From an uncultured virus (IMG/VR IMGVR_UViG_3300030376_004332) (Duplodnaviria > Heunggongvirae > Uroviricota > Caudoviricetes), in IMG/VR virus record IMGVR_UViG_3300030376_004332: a stretch of 64,000 nt of DNA; one strand, 5' to 3'. The notes under the pieces were generated by a model. The model was not told where the DNA came from. It was given only the letters and a program-made list of their open reading frames with translations, and did no database searches. Positions within the stretch are counted from its first letter, which is position 1. Each line of letters starts with the position of its first letter. Position numbers and translations under genes: made by a program. Shown in pieces: positions 9,950 to 18,469 of the stretch.

Positions 9950-11323
9950 TTAAACAGCAGCAGCTGTAGCTGTATCTCTCTTGAAGAGAATCACGTAACC
10001 GAAGTCTGTCTTAATCGGCTTTGATGCAGCAGCCATGATACCTCTGAAGAAACCAATGTTTCCATCTGGGTTACGTACAACATCAGGAATGTTAGTCCAC
10101 TTGAAGTCACCTTTATAGCTGACTGGATCAAATGAGAGCCCATTCACATTGCCAATAGGTGAAGGAATCAAGGACTCCATCACATCTTGGTGTAAGATGT
10201 ACGCCACTTCAATAGCAGCACTGTCATAAGCTGAGTTCATCACAACTTTCTTGTTTGAGTGATCCACGTCATAGACAGGGACTTCAACAAGGTTGTCATT
10301 AGCACCACTCAAGGCAGCGTTGAATCGTGGAAGCATATCGTCAATCAAGTGATAGAAACCTCTGAAGGATTTCTCAACACCTAAAGGAGCAATCAGATCA
10401 CTCACTCTAGAGTTGTTGTAACGAACGTCATCACGGAATCCAGACTCAGTCATCAACTGATATGAAGCTTCTGATGAGCAAACCAATGTAAATACTGGTC
10501 TACCGTTCTCAACTCCATGAGCATTACTTCCAGCACCTTTACGCACTAATTGGAAATAAATCTTATCCAAAAGAGCGTTAGAGATGTTTCCAGTTACGTC
10601 AGCGACGTTATCTGAAGTTCCACCATCTCCACCAGCAGTAGCAGCAGCATCCACATCTAAGAGCTCAGTTGAGTCAGTAGAGTGTGTTGCTTTACCTTCA
10701 GCACCAGTAGCGAATATAGAAGAAGCAGACTTAGCGTATACAACATTGTTACACTGCTTGTCATACTGTTGACGGTAACGGTTCTCCCATGAAGAGCGAG
10801 TAGACTCTTTAAGGATATCCATAATAGCACGAAGTTGCTCTGTACGATGGGCAGCATAACGTAGTTCTTCAACATTGATACGTGGCGACTCAATTACAGC
10901 CCTACTAAGGCTATAACTTTTAATGATCTTTGAGAAGTCAATGTGGTTAACATTGTCTCCGCCAGTAGGAGCCCCTGTTGTAGACTCAGTTGAATTAGCT
11001 ACAAAACCAGCAGTAGCTGATCCTTGTGTAGTTCCCAACGCACTCCAGTTAGTACCGACTAGAGCAGCAGACTCATCAAGGTCTGCGTCGAGTGGTGACA
11101 CTGGAAGAGCACGATCATAAATCAACGTGCTTAGTGTGTATCCCATTCCTTCTGGGAATGTAGATTGTTTAATAAGATCAATCCAAGGACTAGTGTGAAG
11201 AGTTGATTTATGAATATCATTACCAATTCTTCCCGCTTCTTGGGTCAATATTGTGTTAATAGTTTGATCCGCAGCCGATCCCGATGCGGGGGCTGACAGA
11301 GTATTTGGAGGTCCAAATGCCAT
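9950..11323 (-). CDS. Major capsid protein
   Basis: 457 aa, downstream of portal and scaffold, long own leader, followed by a terminator, biased codon use. Confidence 0.8.
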   Translation of the reverse strand: MAFGPPNTLSAPASGSAADQTINTILTQEAGRIGNDIHKSTLHTSPWIDLIKQSTFPEGMGYTLSTLIYDRALPVSPLDADLDESAALVGTNWSALGTTQGSATAGFVANSTESTTGAPTGGDNVNHIDFSKIIKSYSLSRAVIESPRINVEELRYAAHRTEQLRAIMDILKESTRSSWENRYRQQYDKQCNNVVYAKSASSIFATGAEGKATHSTDSTELLDVDAAATAGGDGGTSDNVADVTGNISNALLDKIYFQLVRKGAGSNAHGVENGRPVFTLVCSSEASYQLMTESGFRDDVRYNNSRVSDLIAPLGVEKSFRGFYHLIDDMLPRFNAALSGANDNLVEVPVYDVDHSNKKVVMNSAYDSAAIEVAYILHQDVMESLIPSPIGNVNGLSFDPVSYKGDFKWTNIPDVVRNPDGNIGFFRGIMAAASKPIKTDFGYVILFKRDTATAAAV

Positions 11324-11417
11324 TGTATTTAGTTTCTAATTGTTAAGTTATAGTAAGACAGACCTCTCCTGTTTCGTACTGGAGACGATCTAATTAAATA
11401 TTTATGTAATCTACTGA

Positions 11418-11519
11418 ACTAGAACTATTTATGGCTAGAGCAACCAAGCAGATTGATTATGGAACGGAACACAGCCCATTGATAACTTCCCACTAGAACT
11501 ATTTATGGCTAGAGCAACC
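11418..11519 (-). repeat. Two copies of a ~28-nt motif in the capsid leader
   Basis: GGTTGCTCTAGCCATAAA(A)TAGTTCTAGT at 11492-11519 and 11418-11446. Confidence 0.85.
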
Positions 11520-11533
11520 GTATGAGTTGTTAA

Positions 11534-11568
11534 CATATATAAAATAATCTTATTTTTTATATATGCAA
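11534..11568 (-). promoter_or_regulatory. Putative capsid promoter overlapped by an inverted repeat
   Basis: TTGCAT-16-TATTTT on the minus strand; CATATATAAAA...TTTTATATATG inverted repeat at 11534-11565. Confidence 0.45.
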
Positions 11569-11608
11569 CAGGGTATTTTATAGTACTACCCTAGTACTGA
11601 AATTAAGA

Positions 11609-11788
11609 TCAGCCTTGATAAGAACCTGAACCAGCTTCAGGGGTTTTATAACCCTGTATTGCTTTTTTAGCTTTTCTAGCTTTCTTTTTAGGAAGTGTGG
11701 TACTCCCACCCATACCTTTTCCTTTGTAAGACTGTAACATCTGTTTCTTAGTCTTTTTTCCGTCTGACTTATCCATGTAATTAGGCAT
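11609..11788 (-). CDS. 59-aa Lys-rich protein (not in the ORF track)
   Basis: MPNYMDKSDGKKTKKQMLQSYKGKGMGG...YQG*; TATATT 5 nt before the ATG. Confidence 0.7.
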   Translation of the reverse strand: MPNYMDKSDGKKTKKQMLQSYKGKGMGGSTTLPKKKARKAKKAIQGYKTPEAGSGSYQG

Positions 11789-11856
11789 TCTTTAATATAT
11801 AACTATTTATTAATATTTACAGTGGAAATTTCTAGGCTCCATGTTTAGATTAAAAT

Positions 11857-12045
11857 ATGAAGAAAATAATTGTATTACTGGGGTTGGCTATCATAGCGCT
11901 TGCAAACGTATCATGTAACTCCACCGACGCTACCGTAGGACTACCTATACCATTTACAAACCCAGCAGTAAGGGTAAACCTTGAAACTCACATTACACCA
12001 CTACCACCAAAGATTTGTGTAGGTCTTGATGTAGTGGAGGATTAA
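11857..12045 (+). CDS. Small lipoprotein
   Basis: MKK, hydrophobic stretch, then NVSC lipobox-like Cys; own promoter-like TGGAAA-17-TAGATT 5 nt before the ATG. Confidence 0.7.
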   Translation: MKKIIVLLGLAIIALANVSCNSTDATVGLPIPFTNPAVRVNLETHITPLPPKICVGLDVVED

Positions 12046-12221
12046 TGCCTAGATAAACGTATAGCAGCCCAAAAAGAGGCTACTATATGAAATAGTCCTG
12101 TGATCATTACCAATGGCCCTGACGCTATTGATAGATCGCCAGTCAAACCCGCATAAAACCCTATTAACAAAGGGCTTAATGTGGCGAAGAAAAGAAAAAA
12201 TCCTAGTGCTTTATTGCTCAT
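12042..12221 (-). CDS. 59-aa two-TM membrane protein (not in the ORF track)
   Basis: MSNKALGFFLFFATLSPLLIGFYAG...IVASFWAAIRLSRH*; stop overlaps the convergent lipoprotein stop. Confidence 0.6.
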   Translation of the reverse strand: MSNKALGFFLFFATLSPLLIGFYAGLTGDLSIASGPLVMITGLFHIVASFWAAIRLSRH

Positions 12222-12257
12222 ATAAACACACTAACGTGCGTTTAAACGAGTAATCAA

Positions 12258-12515
12258 CTACTTTTCTTTCTTCAACCCATCTTCAACTGCGTCCATAAAT
12301 GATATCATCACAGCAGTTCCTTTTTTTTCTTTTGGATTTTCTTTTTTAGATTTGGAAGCTTTTTCTTTAGCTTCGTCACTTAAATCATCAAAATGAAAAA
12401 GTTTTTTGCTATCTTTGTTATGGCTTTTACCTGTATGGACTTCTCCATTAGGCATTTTATGAGATCCCCCTTCATAAAGAGTCCCGTCTTCTAAGAAATG
12501 TGGTACACCTTTCAT
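12258..12515 (-). CDS. Small basic hypothetical phage protein
   Basis: HF.DG..Y.G..HKMPNG..HTG..H pattern; tightly coupled to the upstream gene. Confidence 0.7.
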   Translation of the reverse strand: MKGVPHFLEDGTLYEGGSHKMPNGEVHTGKSHNKDSKKLFHFDDLSDEAKEKASKSKKENPKEKKGTAVMISFMDAVEDGLKKEK

Positions 12516-12517
12516 TT

Positions 12518-12793
12518 TTATTTTTTCTTTTTCTTTTTTGTTTTATATGTTTTACCAGTAGCCCTGATAAATGCTTTACGCTCTGCTTCAGTGTATTTAG
12601 CGTTTTGTTTTCCTTGAGCAGTAGCTTTCCGTTTTCTACGGGTCCCTGCTGCATACTTAGCAGAAGATAACATCTTAATAGCCCTCTCAGGTAAGTAACG
12701 CTCCCCTGTTTCAGAAGACTTCTTACCAGACTTAGTACGCCACTTTTGTTTAGTCCAATCTTTTAAAGACTGTTGTGATTTTTTAACAGCCAT
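12518..12793 (-). CDS. Lys/Arg-rich protein, DUF5872-like
   Basis: SQQSLKDWTKQKWRTKSGK...GERYLP motif. Confidence 0.7.
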   Translation of the reverse strand: MAVKKSQQSLKDWTKQKWRTKSGKKSSETGERYLPERAIKMLSSAKYAAGTRRKRKATAQGKQNAKYTEAERKAFIRATGKTYKTKKKKKK

Positions 12794-12972
12794 TACTTGT
12801 ACCCACCACCTTTTTTCTTATACATCATAGCAAGTAATTGAGCTTTACGTGCTGACCACTGACCTGCCCTACCTCCTTTTGTACCCGCCATAATCTGACG
12901 AAACAATCGCTTACGCATTGTAGGTTTTGTGTAATTACCAGCTTTGTTGACTGTAGATTTTTTCTTAGCCAT
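12793..12972 (-). CDS. Lys-rich protein, DUF5872-like N-terminal part
   Basis: NYTKPTMRKRLF...GQWSARKAQLLA..YKKKGGGY; TAATG coupling at both ends. Confidence 0.7.
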   Translation of the reverse strand: MAKKKSTVNKAGNYTKPTMRKRLFRQIMAGTKGGRAGQWSARKAQLLAMMYKKKGGGYK

Positions 12973-13265
12973 TACCAAAGTTTTCTACATGCCCAGTAAC
13001 GAGCGGTTGTTTTGTCTTTTGCCGTCTGACAATTATGCCTAGCCCTAAAGTTTTTACGCCTTTTAGGGTCTTTATGTTGCCTGAAATCTTGATAATCCCT
13101 ATGACCAAACCCTACTTTCTTAATTTTGTCCCCTTGTTTACCAAGAACTACAAACTTCTTTTTACTCCCAGCAGGAGCTTTCTTTGGTTTGTTGAATCCA
13201 GCGTACTTCTCCCCTCTCCATAGGATCTTACCTGATGGTAATCTTTTGAATTTTGCACTAGCCAT
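12972..13265 (-). CDS. Lys/Arg-rich protein, DUF5754-like
   Basis: FG...Y.DF..HKDPKRRKNFRARH...YW...LW motif. Confidence 0.65.
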   Translation of the reverse strand: MASAKFKRLPSGKILWRGEKYAGFNKPKKAPAGSKKKFVVLGKQGDKIKKVGFGHRDYQDFRQHKDPKRRKNFRARHNCQTAKDKTTARYWACRKLW

Positions 13266-13301
13266 ACCTTAATATAGCCTAAAAATTAAATAAATAAATA
13301 C

Positions 13302-13724
13302 TTAGGTGTTTTCTAAATAGGATATCGTTTTTTTAAGTAAACTAATATCGTCTTTAAAACACCCAATAGCACGATTACATGGATGACAAAGCCAACCTCT
13401 TGCTTTATGGGTTGTGTGGCAGTGATCTAATACCCACGGCCCTAATTTTAAACCCCCTTTTCCAGCAACCTCTTCAGCACGTCCACCACAAATAGGACAA
13501 CAATGATTTAATGACGGGGGAGTAGTTGTTTGTTTTAAACAATCACGAACTTTTTTTAGTTCATTATTACAATTTCTGCATTCTGGCCTATAATAATTGG
13601 CTCCTCCATGTAAAGAAAAACTACTAATAGGTAATATTTTAAAGCATTTATTACACTTGCGGGTATCTACCCCTTTAGGTATAGAATAAAATTCTTTAAA
13701 TAGCTCTGTTTGTTTATAAAACAT
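13302..13724 (-). CDS. Endonuclease VII-like (His-Me finger) nuclease
   Basis: CxxC pairs; CPIC...LDHCH...RGWLCHPCNRAIG. Confidence 0.85.
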   Translation of the reverse strand: MFYKQTELFKEFYSIPKGVDTRKCNKCFKILPISSFSLHGGANYYRPECRNCNNELKKVRDCLKQTTTPPSLNHCCPICGGRAEEVAGKGGLKLGPWVLDHCHTTHKARGWLCHPCNRAIGCFKDDISLLKKTISYLENT

Positions 13725-14923
13725 TATGTGCCTGATAAGGCTGCGCTAATAGCATCCTCAAAAGACATATCAGAAGGTCTAGCAGAAGCTGAATCAGAAG
13801 TAGGTGATCCAGACATTGTAGGCTCTGCCCCTTCGTACTCAGCTAACTTACTCATAAGTACTTCTGCTTCAGCACGAGAAGAAAGATACTCACGAACAAT
13901 AGTAGGTAAAATTTGTGATGCCACAGAGTTATAGGCAAAGTCTACAGGATGCACAACAGAGGGATCTAAGTCAGCAGCTTTAGCCTCTATAGAAGACATG
14001 TCTAAACCTTCAACACCGTTTAAGAATGGTAACTTTTCACCAACTCTTTGTACCACATTCCTAGTAATAGTCTTTCTTATCTCAGCTCTCTCAGCAACCT
14101 CGGCCTGTTGTTTCTGCTCGTCAATATATCGAGCTTCTTTTAAAGCAGCATCAGCGTTTTCATATAAAGCATTTCTCCTATCCATGATAGGGTCAATGTC
14201 TTCTATTATTCTATATATAGCAGACTTATCTCTGTCCGTAGCGTCTGGTAGTAATTCAGCTAATTTTTGATCTTGGGACTCAGTGTCATCTAAAGCAATA
14301 GCATCTACAAGAGAATCATAATCTACATCGTATTTATCAGCAATAACTGATGCCTTGTCCATTAAACGATTCAAAGGTGTGGTTACTGCCTCTTGGTATT
14401 GAGTGGTGTTTTCTAAATCACTAAAAGATTTTTCAACTTCATACTGCTGCAAAGTTTCTTGTAGGGACTCTACATCTTTATTGTCTGCAATAGCGGATAG
14501 CTCTTGCATTTTAGACTGTTGTTCTTTAACAGTCTGCCTAAGTGTATCTAACTCTGATCTATTAGTTTTTAACTCGTCTTTAAGTTGTTTGAACCTATTA
14601 GCTGCTTTAGGTGTCCATTCATCACCAACATCTTCTGATAAATCTTCTATAGGATCATCCGCATTTACTTTTTCTTTAGTCTCTTCTGTAGACTTGTCAG
14701 CTAAGGGAGGCTCCTCTGTAGTTTCAGGTTCTGATTTAGTTTCTTCTTTAACTTCTTCCGCAGGAACTTCAACATTATCTAACGGGGACTCCGTTATGTT
14801 TGATAGAGCAGAATCCAAGGCATCAAGAAAACTATCTTGGGTAGACTCTTGGGGTAAATTTTCAACAGCAGGTGCTTCGGCTGCTGGTGCTTCTAAGGTT
14901 GCGGTGTCTGTATGTGCGTCCAT
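13724..14923 (-). CDS. Putative capsid scaffolding protein
   Basis: Acidic disordered N-terminus plus coiled coil; between portal and capsid. Confidence 0.65.
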   Translation of the reverse strand: MDAHTDTATLEAPAAEAPAVENLPQESTQDSFLDALDSALSNITESPLDNVEVPAEEVKEETKSEPETTEEPPLADKSTEETKEKVNADDPIEDLSEDVGDEWTPKAANRFKQLKDELKTNRSELDTLRQTVKEQQSKMQELSAIADNKDVESLQETLQQYEVEKSFSDLENTTQYQEAVTTPLNRLMDKASVIADKYDVDYDSLVDAIALDDTESQDQKLAELLPDATDRDKSAIYRIIEDIDPIMDRRNALYENADAALKEARYIDEQKQQAEVAERAEIRKTITRNVVQRVGEKLPFLNGVEGLDMSSIEAKAADLDPSVVHPVDFAYNSVASQILPTIVREYLSSRAEAEVLMSKLAEYEGAEPTMSGSPTSDSASARPSDMSFEDAISAALSGT

Positions 14924-15198
14924 TCTTGTGGTGTTATGTCGGGTTTATCTCCCTGAACTTTTGTTAGTTTATGTAAATCACTGAAAGCATCACGATATCC
15001 TGCGTACCATGCGTGACGGTTGCTGTTAACTTTCTCGTCTCCGACAACTGATCCGAAAGTTGGTCCTGCTGTGTCTTTGAGAATTGCGACTGCCGTTTGG
15101 AAAGCCTCAGAATCCAAGACCGCTCGTAATTCTTCAATTCGTTTAACATCTTTAAACCACCGATCCACAGGAATCGGAAGGGCAACTTTTTTTGGCAT
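14893..15198 (-). CDS. Small protein following the portal (Bbp19-like position)
   Basis: 101-aa ORF overlapping the scaffold start. Confidence 0.6.
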   Translation of the reverse strand: MPKKVALPIPVDRWFKDVKRIEELRAVLDSEAFQTAVAILKDTAGPTFGSVVGDEKVNSNRHAWYAGYRDAFSDLHKLTKVQGDKPDITPQEWTHIQTPQP

Positions 15199-15204
15199 TC
15201 TAAA

Positions 15205-17421
15205 TTATTGTTTCTGCAAGTCCATTGCGGTCTTTGCGTCACGCAATGCTTGCTCTTGCTCAAACTTGGCTTGCTTTAACTGCATGTCAAGTTCTGCTTT
15301 CTGTTGGGACATCTGCATTTTCATCTGATGTTCCTGCATTTTAGCTTCCATCACAGGATCAGGACCACCTTCAGGAGCTCCCTCAGCTTCCGCAGCCTCA
15401 CGCTGCATCTTCTGAACCTGCTTTGAAGTGTTATTTATCATCTCTTCTGCAAATTGTAAAGCTTGTTTTGCTTGTCCAACTAAACCTTGTTGCAATGGAT
15501 CACCCGCAAGTTGCTCTGCGGTCATCGCTATATGCTCATAAAATGCCTGTAATGCAGGTAACACAGCCACAGGGTCTGCTTGACCCGTATTCAACTGCTC
15601 AATTAAACCCGTCAAAGATGGAATATGCTCCGCTAAATGAGCTGCATGTAATTCAGAAGAAACCACAGGAACAGAATTGCCCCCCATCAACTGTTGGTTC
15701 TCAAGGAACGCTATCTTACTATCAATAGTGGGACGACCACTCTCCGCCACAGGAGCATACCTGTCTGCTAAATCATGCCCAACACGAGTAGAAACTATAT
15801 CACGAGTCAGATTCTTTCGCCCAACTTCATCAAACGAACCTGATATAGCTTGTAACTCACGAAGGGCAACCAACCTATTAGCATATGAGCCATTACCAAT
15901 AGATCGGACGGCTTTTGTTCTAGCCAAATCCAAAGTCTTAATAAATGATTCCTGTACCCCTCGGTCTGCACACCTACGATAAAATTCGTTAAGTGATTTA
16001 TCTTTCTTACCTGTAACTATTCTCCTAACTATTTCTTTAAGAAGCCTGTTCCATGATGCATAGAACAGGTTTAAGGATGCACCCGATAATCGAGTACTAA
16101 CATCCATGTCAGCAACAACCTGCATCTGATTCTTGTACGGTGAACTCTGATTTGGTCCATATGTACTAACAGTATCAGTATTCAAAGCTAACTGGTTTGA
16201 AATATCTGTTAGCGCTGGTTGCACTCCAGTACTCAAGTTAGGTGCTGCTTTTGCTATTATATTTACGTTGGGGGATAGGACCGCATACGCTCCGTAATAC
16301 GTGAACCCTAATTCATCTAGCGCCCTCTGGTTCTCAGGTTGGATCATAACTGCCGATCCTAACATTGCACCATCAATCATCTGACAACGTAATCGATTAC
16401 TCGTCTGTATATGATTAAAGATACGATGCCCCAACCCCCGTATAGAATGGTATGTGCCATTCGAGCCAACGCCATAATTGAACATTACATATGCATGTTC
16501 TGGTTTGTCGTAACGGGAAACCTTCTCATATAAAAATTCTTTGCAATCACCCTCTGTAGATATGTAATGAGAAATAGTACTATCTAACTCACGTACCCAA
16601 AAATGTAATACAGATACTGTCGGGTTCTGGTAACCCTCATGTATATCATTGTTTTTTAACTCCGCCTGTAACGTCTCCCAATCATCATAAATGTTCTTGT
16701 TACTCCTACGACCCCTCGTAGTTACATTCTTCAATAACACTCGCTTCACCTCATCAACATTCCAACCCACCTTAGCAGCAGCTTCAGGGTTTTTGATGAA
16801 ATTAAATAACTCATGCATGTGATACTGCCTACGCCCAATAGCTACATCAATCGCTGACTCAGATGCTGGCGTTTGCCTCGGTATCAAAATATCCGCAAAA
16901 CTACCCACCCTAAACTTCCAATCATCAGGCGTATCAAAGTAAGTGATCCCTGTACCATGTTTAATGAACGTCGTACATAGGCGCAAATAGTGGGAATGGA
17001 AATCAGGCCAACTGCGTAACAAATGAGTTATCTCCTCAGATACAATATCTTCCTGCTGGGTAATCTCGCTAGGTTCTCCCTGCGTACCCTTTACCTCCAC
17101 TAGTTTTTCCAGTGAAGAGTAAAGGTCTACGTAGGCAGATAGCGAAATATCCAGCAGCCGTTGAGCTTCACCGAAATTCAAATTAGTTTTAAGACCCTGA
17201 CCGCTCGCATTTAATTGCCCCTGATTGTATGGGTTAGCCCCATCAAACATCGCATCAACCCGCGCCCTGTTTACAGAAGACTGCTCATCAGCTTTGCGAA
17301 GACCTTGAAATATTTTTAAAGCACTTTTTACGTCTTTAATACGACTCTTTGTAGGCTTGCCATCTTTATCATAAGCTGACAAACCATCTAGCTCTTGGAG
17401 GCCCTGTGGATCATTATACAT
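15205..17421 (-). CDS. Portal protein
   Basis: 738 aa with a Gln/Glu-rich C-terminal coiled coil (barrel-like), heading the portal-scaffold-capsid order. Confidence 0.75.
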   Translation of the reverse strand: MYNDPQGLQELDGLSAYDKDGKPTKSRIKDVKSALKIFQGLRKADEQSSVNRARVDAMFDGANPYNQGQLNASGQGLKTNLNFGEAQRLLDISLSAYVDLYSSLEKLVEVKGTQGEPSEITQQEDIVSEEITHLLRSWPDFHSHYLRLCTTFIKHGTGITYFDTPDDWKFRVGSFADILIPRQTPASESAIDVAIGRRQYHMHELFNFIKNPEAAAKVGWNVDEVKRVLLKNVTTRGRRSNKNIYDDWETLQAELKNNDIHEGYQNPTVSVLHFWVRELDSTISHYISTEGDCKEFLYEKVSRYDKPEHAYVMFNYGVGSNGTYHSIRGLGHRIFNHIQTSNRLRCQMIDGAMLGSAVMIQPENQRALDELGFTYYGAYAVLSPNVNIIAKAAPNLSTGVQPALTDISNQLALNTDTVSTYGPNQSSPYKNQMQVVADMDVSTRLSGASLNLFYASWNRLLKEIVRRIVTGKKDKSLNEFYRRCADRGVQESFIKTLDLARTKAVRSIGNGSYANRLVALRELQAISGSFDEVGRKNLTRDIVSTRVGHDLADRYAPVAESGRPTIDSKIAFLENQQLMGGNSVPVVSSELHAAHLAEHIPSLTGLIEQLNTGQADPVAVLPALQAFYEHIAMTAEQLAGDPLQQGLVGQAKQALQFAEEMINNTSKQVQKMQREAAEAEGAPEGGPDPVMEAKMQEHQMKMQMSQQKAELDMQLKQAKFEQEQALRDAKTAMDLQKQ

Positions 17422-17486
17422 TAGTTACTAAATTTAAGGCTTTTTCACTCTTCATCAAGAGGGAATCTAGGTTCAGGAATCAGGGT

Positions 17487-17948
17487 TCACCATACACAGT
17501 CCACAATCTCTTGTACTTGCCTACAACGACGGCATCCCTCGTAGTCGTACAGGGTTACGTATTGTCTGCCGTGATTAGTTCTTTCTGACACAAGGTACAT
17601 CTTTCCTGCGTTTGGTCCCCGTCTTGGGGGCTCCATACAGTAAATAGCCCCGTACTCGGTCACAGAGTAGCGAGGATACTCTGGAACCTGCCTAGCTTTA
17701 ATTTGGCCCTCAATCATGGCTCTCGTTAATTCTGGGGGGTTCTCATCGCTAAAAATGAGCTCGGCTAGTCTTTGGGAGTCTACAGACACACGCCTCCCTG
17801 AGTTTTTGTATATGTTGCAATACCACCGCCCACTTTTGAACTGGGATTTCAAACGACGGCCTTTGTTGTAAATAAAACCGTGTTGGTCTATCTCGTACTT
17901 TGTTTTGGGGATGGGGCGACGTTCGGTGTTTTCTAGTAGGTTTTCCAT
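17487..17948 (-). CDS. Protein with tandem NUMOD4-like motifs
   Basis: IP..KYEID.HG.I and VP.YPRYSVT.YG.I repeats; no HNH catalytic motif visible. Confidence 0.55.
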   Translation of the reverse strand: MENLLENTERRPIPKTKYEIDQHGFIYNKGRRLKSQFKSGRWYCNIYKNSGRRVSVDSQRLAELIFSDENPPELTRAMIEGQIKARQVPEYPRYSVTEYGAIYCMEPPRRGPNAGKMYLVSERTNHGRQYVTLYDYEGCRRCRQVQEIVDCVW

Positions 17949-18010
17949 AATATGTATGTAACACAGAAAAGAAATTGAATCAAATCCATTTTAAACAATA
18001 CTTAAAACCT

Positions 18011-18044
18011 CTTATACAATTTATACTAGTATAAACTGTATAAG
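18011..18044. repeat. 34-bp near-perfect palindrome
   Basis: CTTATACA-A-TTTATACTAGTATAAA-C-TGTATAAG. Confidence 0.85.
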
Positions 18045-18149
18045 TAAAATTCATTATAGTTTAGAAAAGTTTTTGGGAATTTATAAGCCACTCAAATCTT
18101 ATATGGTCAATTCTTTACCCCCGCTTATTTGGTTAAAAGGCGCTTACAA

Positions 18150-18392
18150 TTACGAGCGGTTTATTTCTTGCCCCTTTTTCTCTTTCCTCTTCTCCATAAT
18201 ACGCTCTTTGTTCCTGATGTAGTAAGCCCGATTATACACTCGCTGCTTCTCTTGCCATTCAGGATCTTCGGCTCTCTCACGCTCCCGTTTTTTAGCTATC
18301 TCTTCTTTCTTAGAATTATAGTATTTACGCTGGTATTCTAGCCTTTTCTTCTTGTTGTTCCTGTAATATTCTTGCTTCTTTTTGTTCGCCAT
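18150..18392 (-). CDS. Basic helical protein with YY..NK repeats
   Basis: MANKKKQEYYRNNKKKRLEYQRKYY; ATG at 18392 with TTGACT upstream. Confidence 0.65.
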   Translation of the reverse strand: MANKKKQEYYRNNKKKRLEYQRKYYNSKKEEIAKKRERERAEDPEWQEKQRVYNRAYYIRNKERIMEKRKEKKGQEINRS

Positions 18393-18469
18393 ATCTACTA
18401 ATATGGGCGGGTAAAAATAAGTCAAATTTTTTCTCAAAGCCCCCATATATAAAGATCCAATACGTAAGA

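Noticed and set aside
11418..11519. Possible mini-CRISPR (28-nt repeat, about 45-nt spacer)
   Set aside because: Only two copies and no cas operon; the Cas4-like gene is a typical replication-module nuclease
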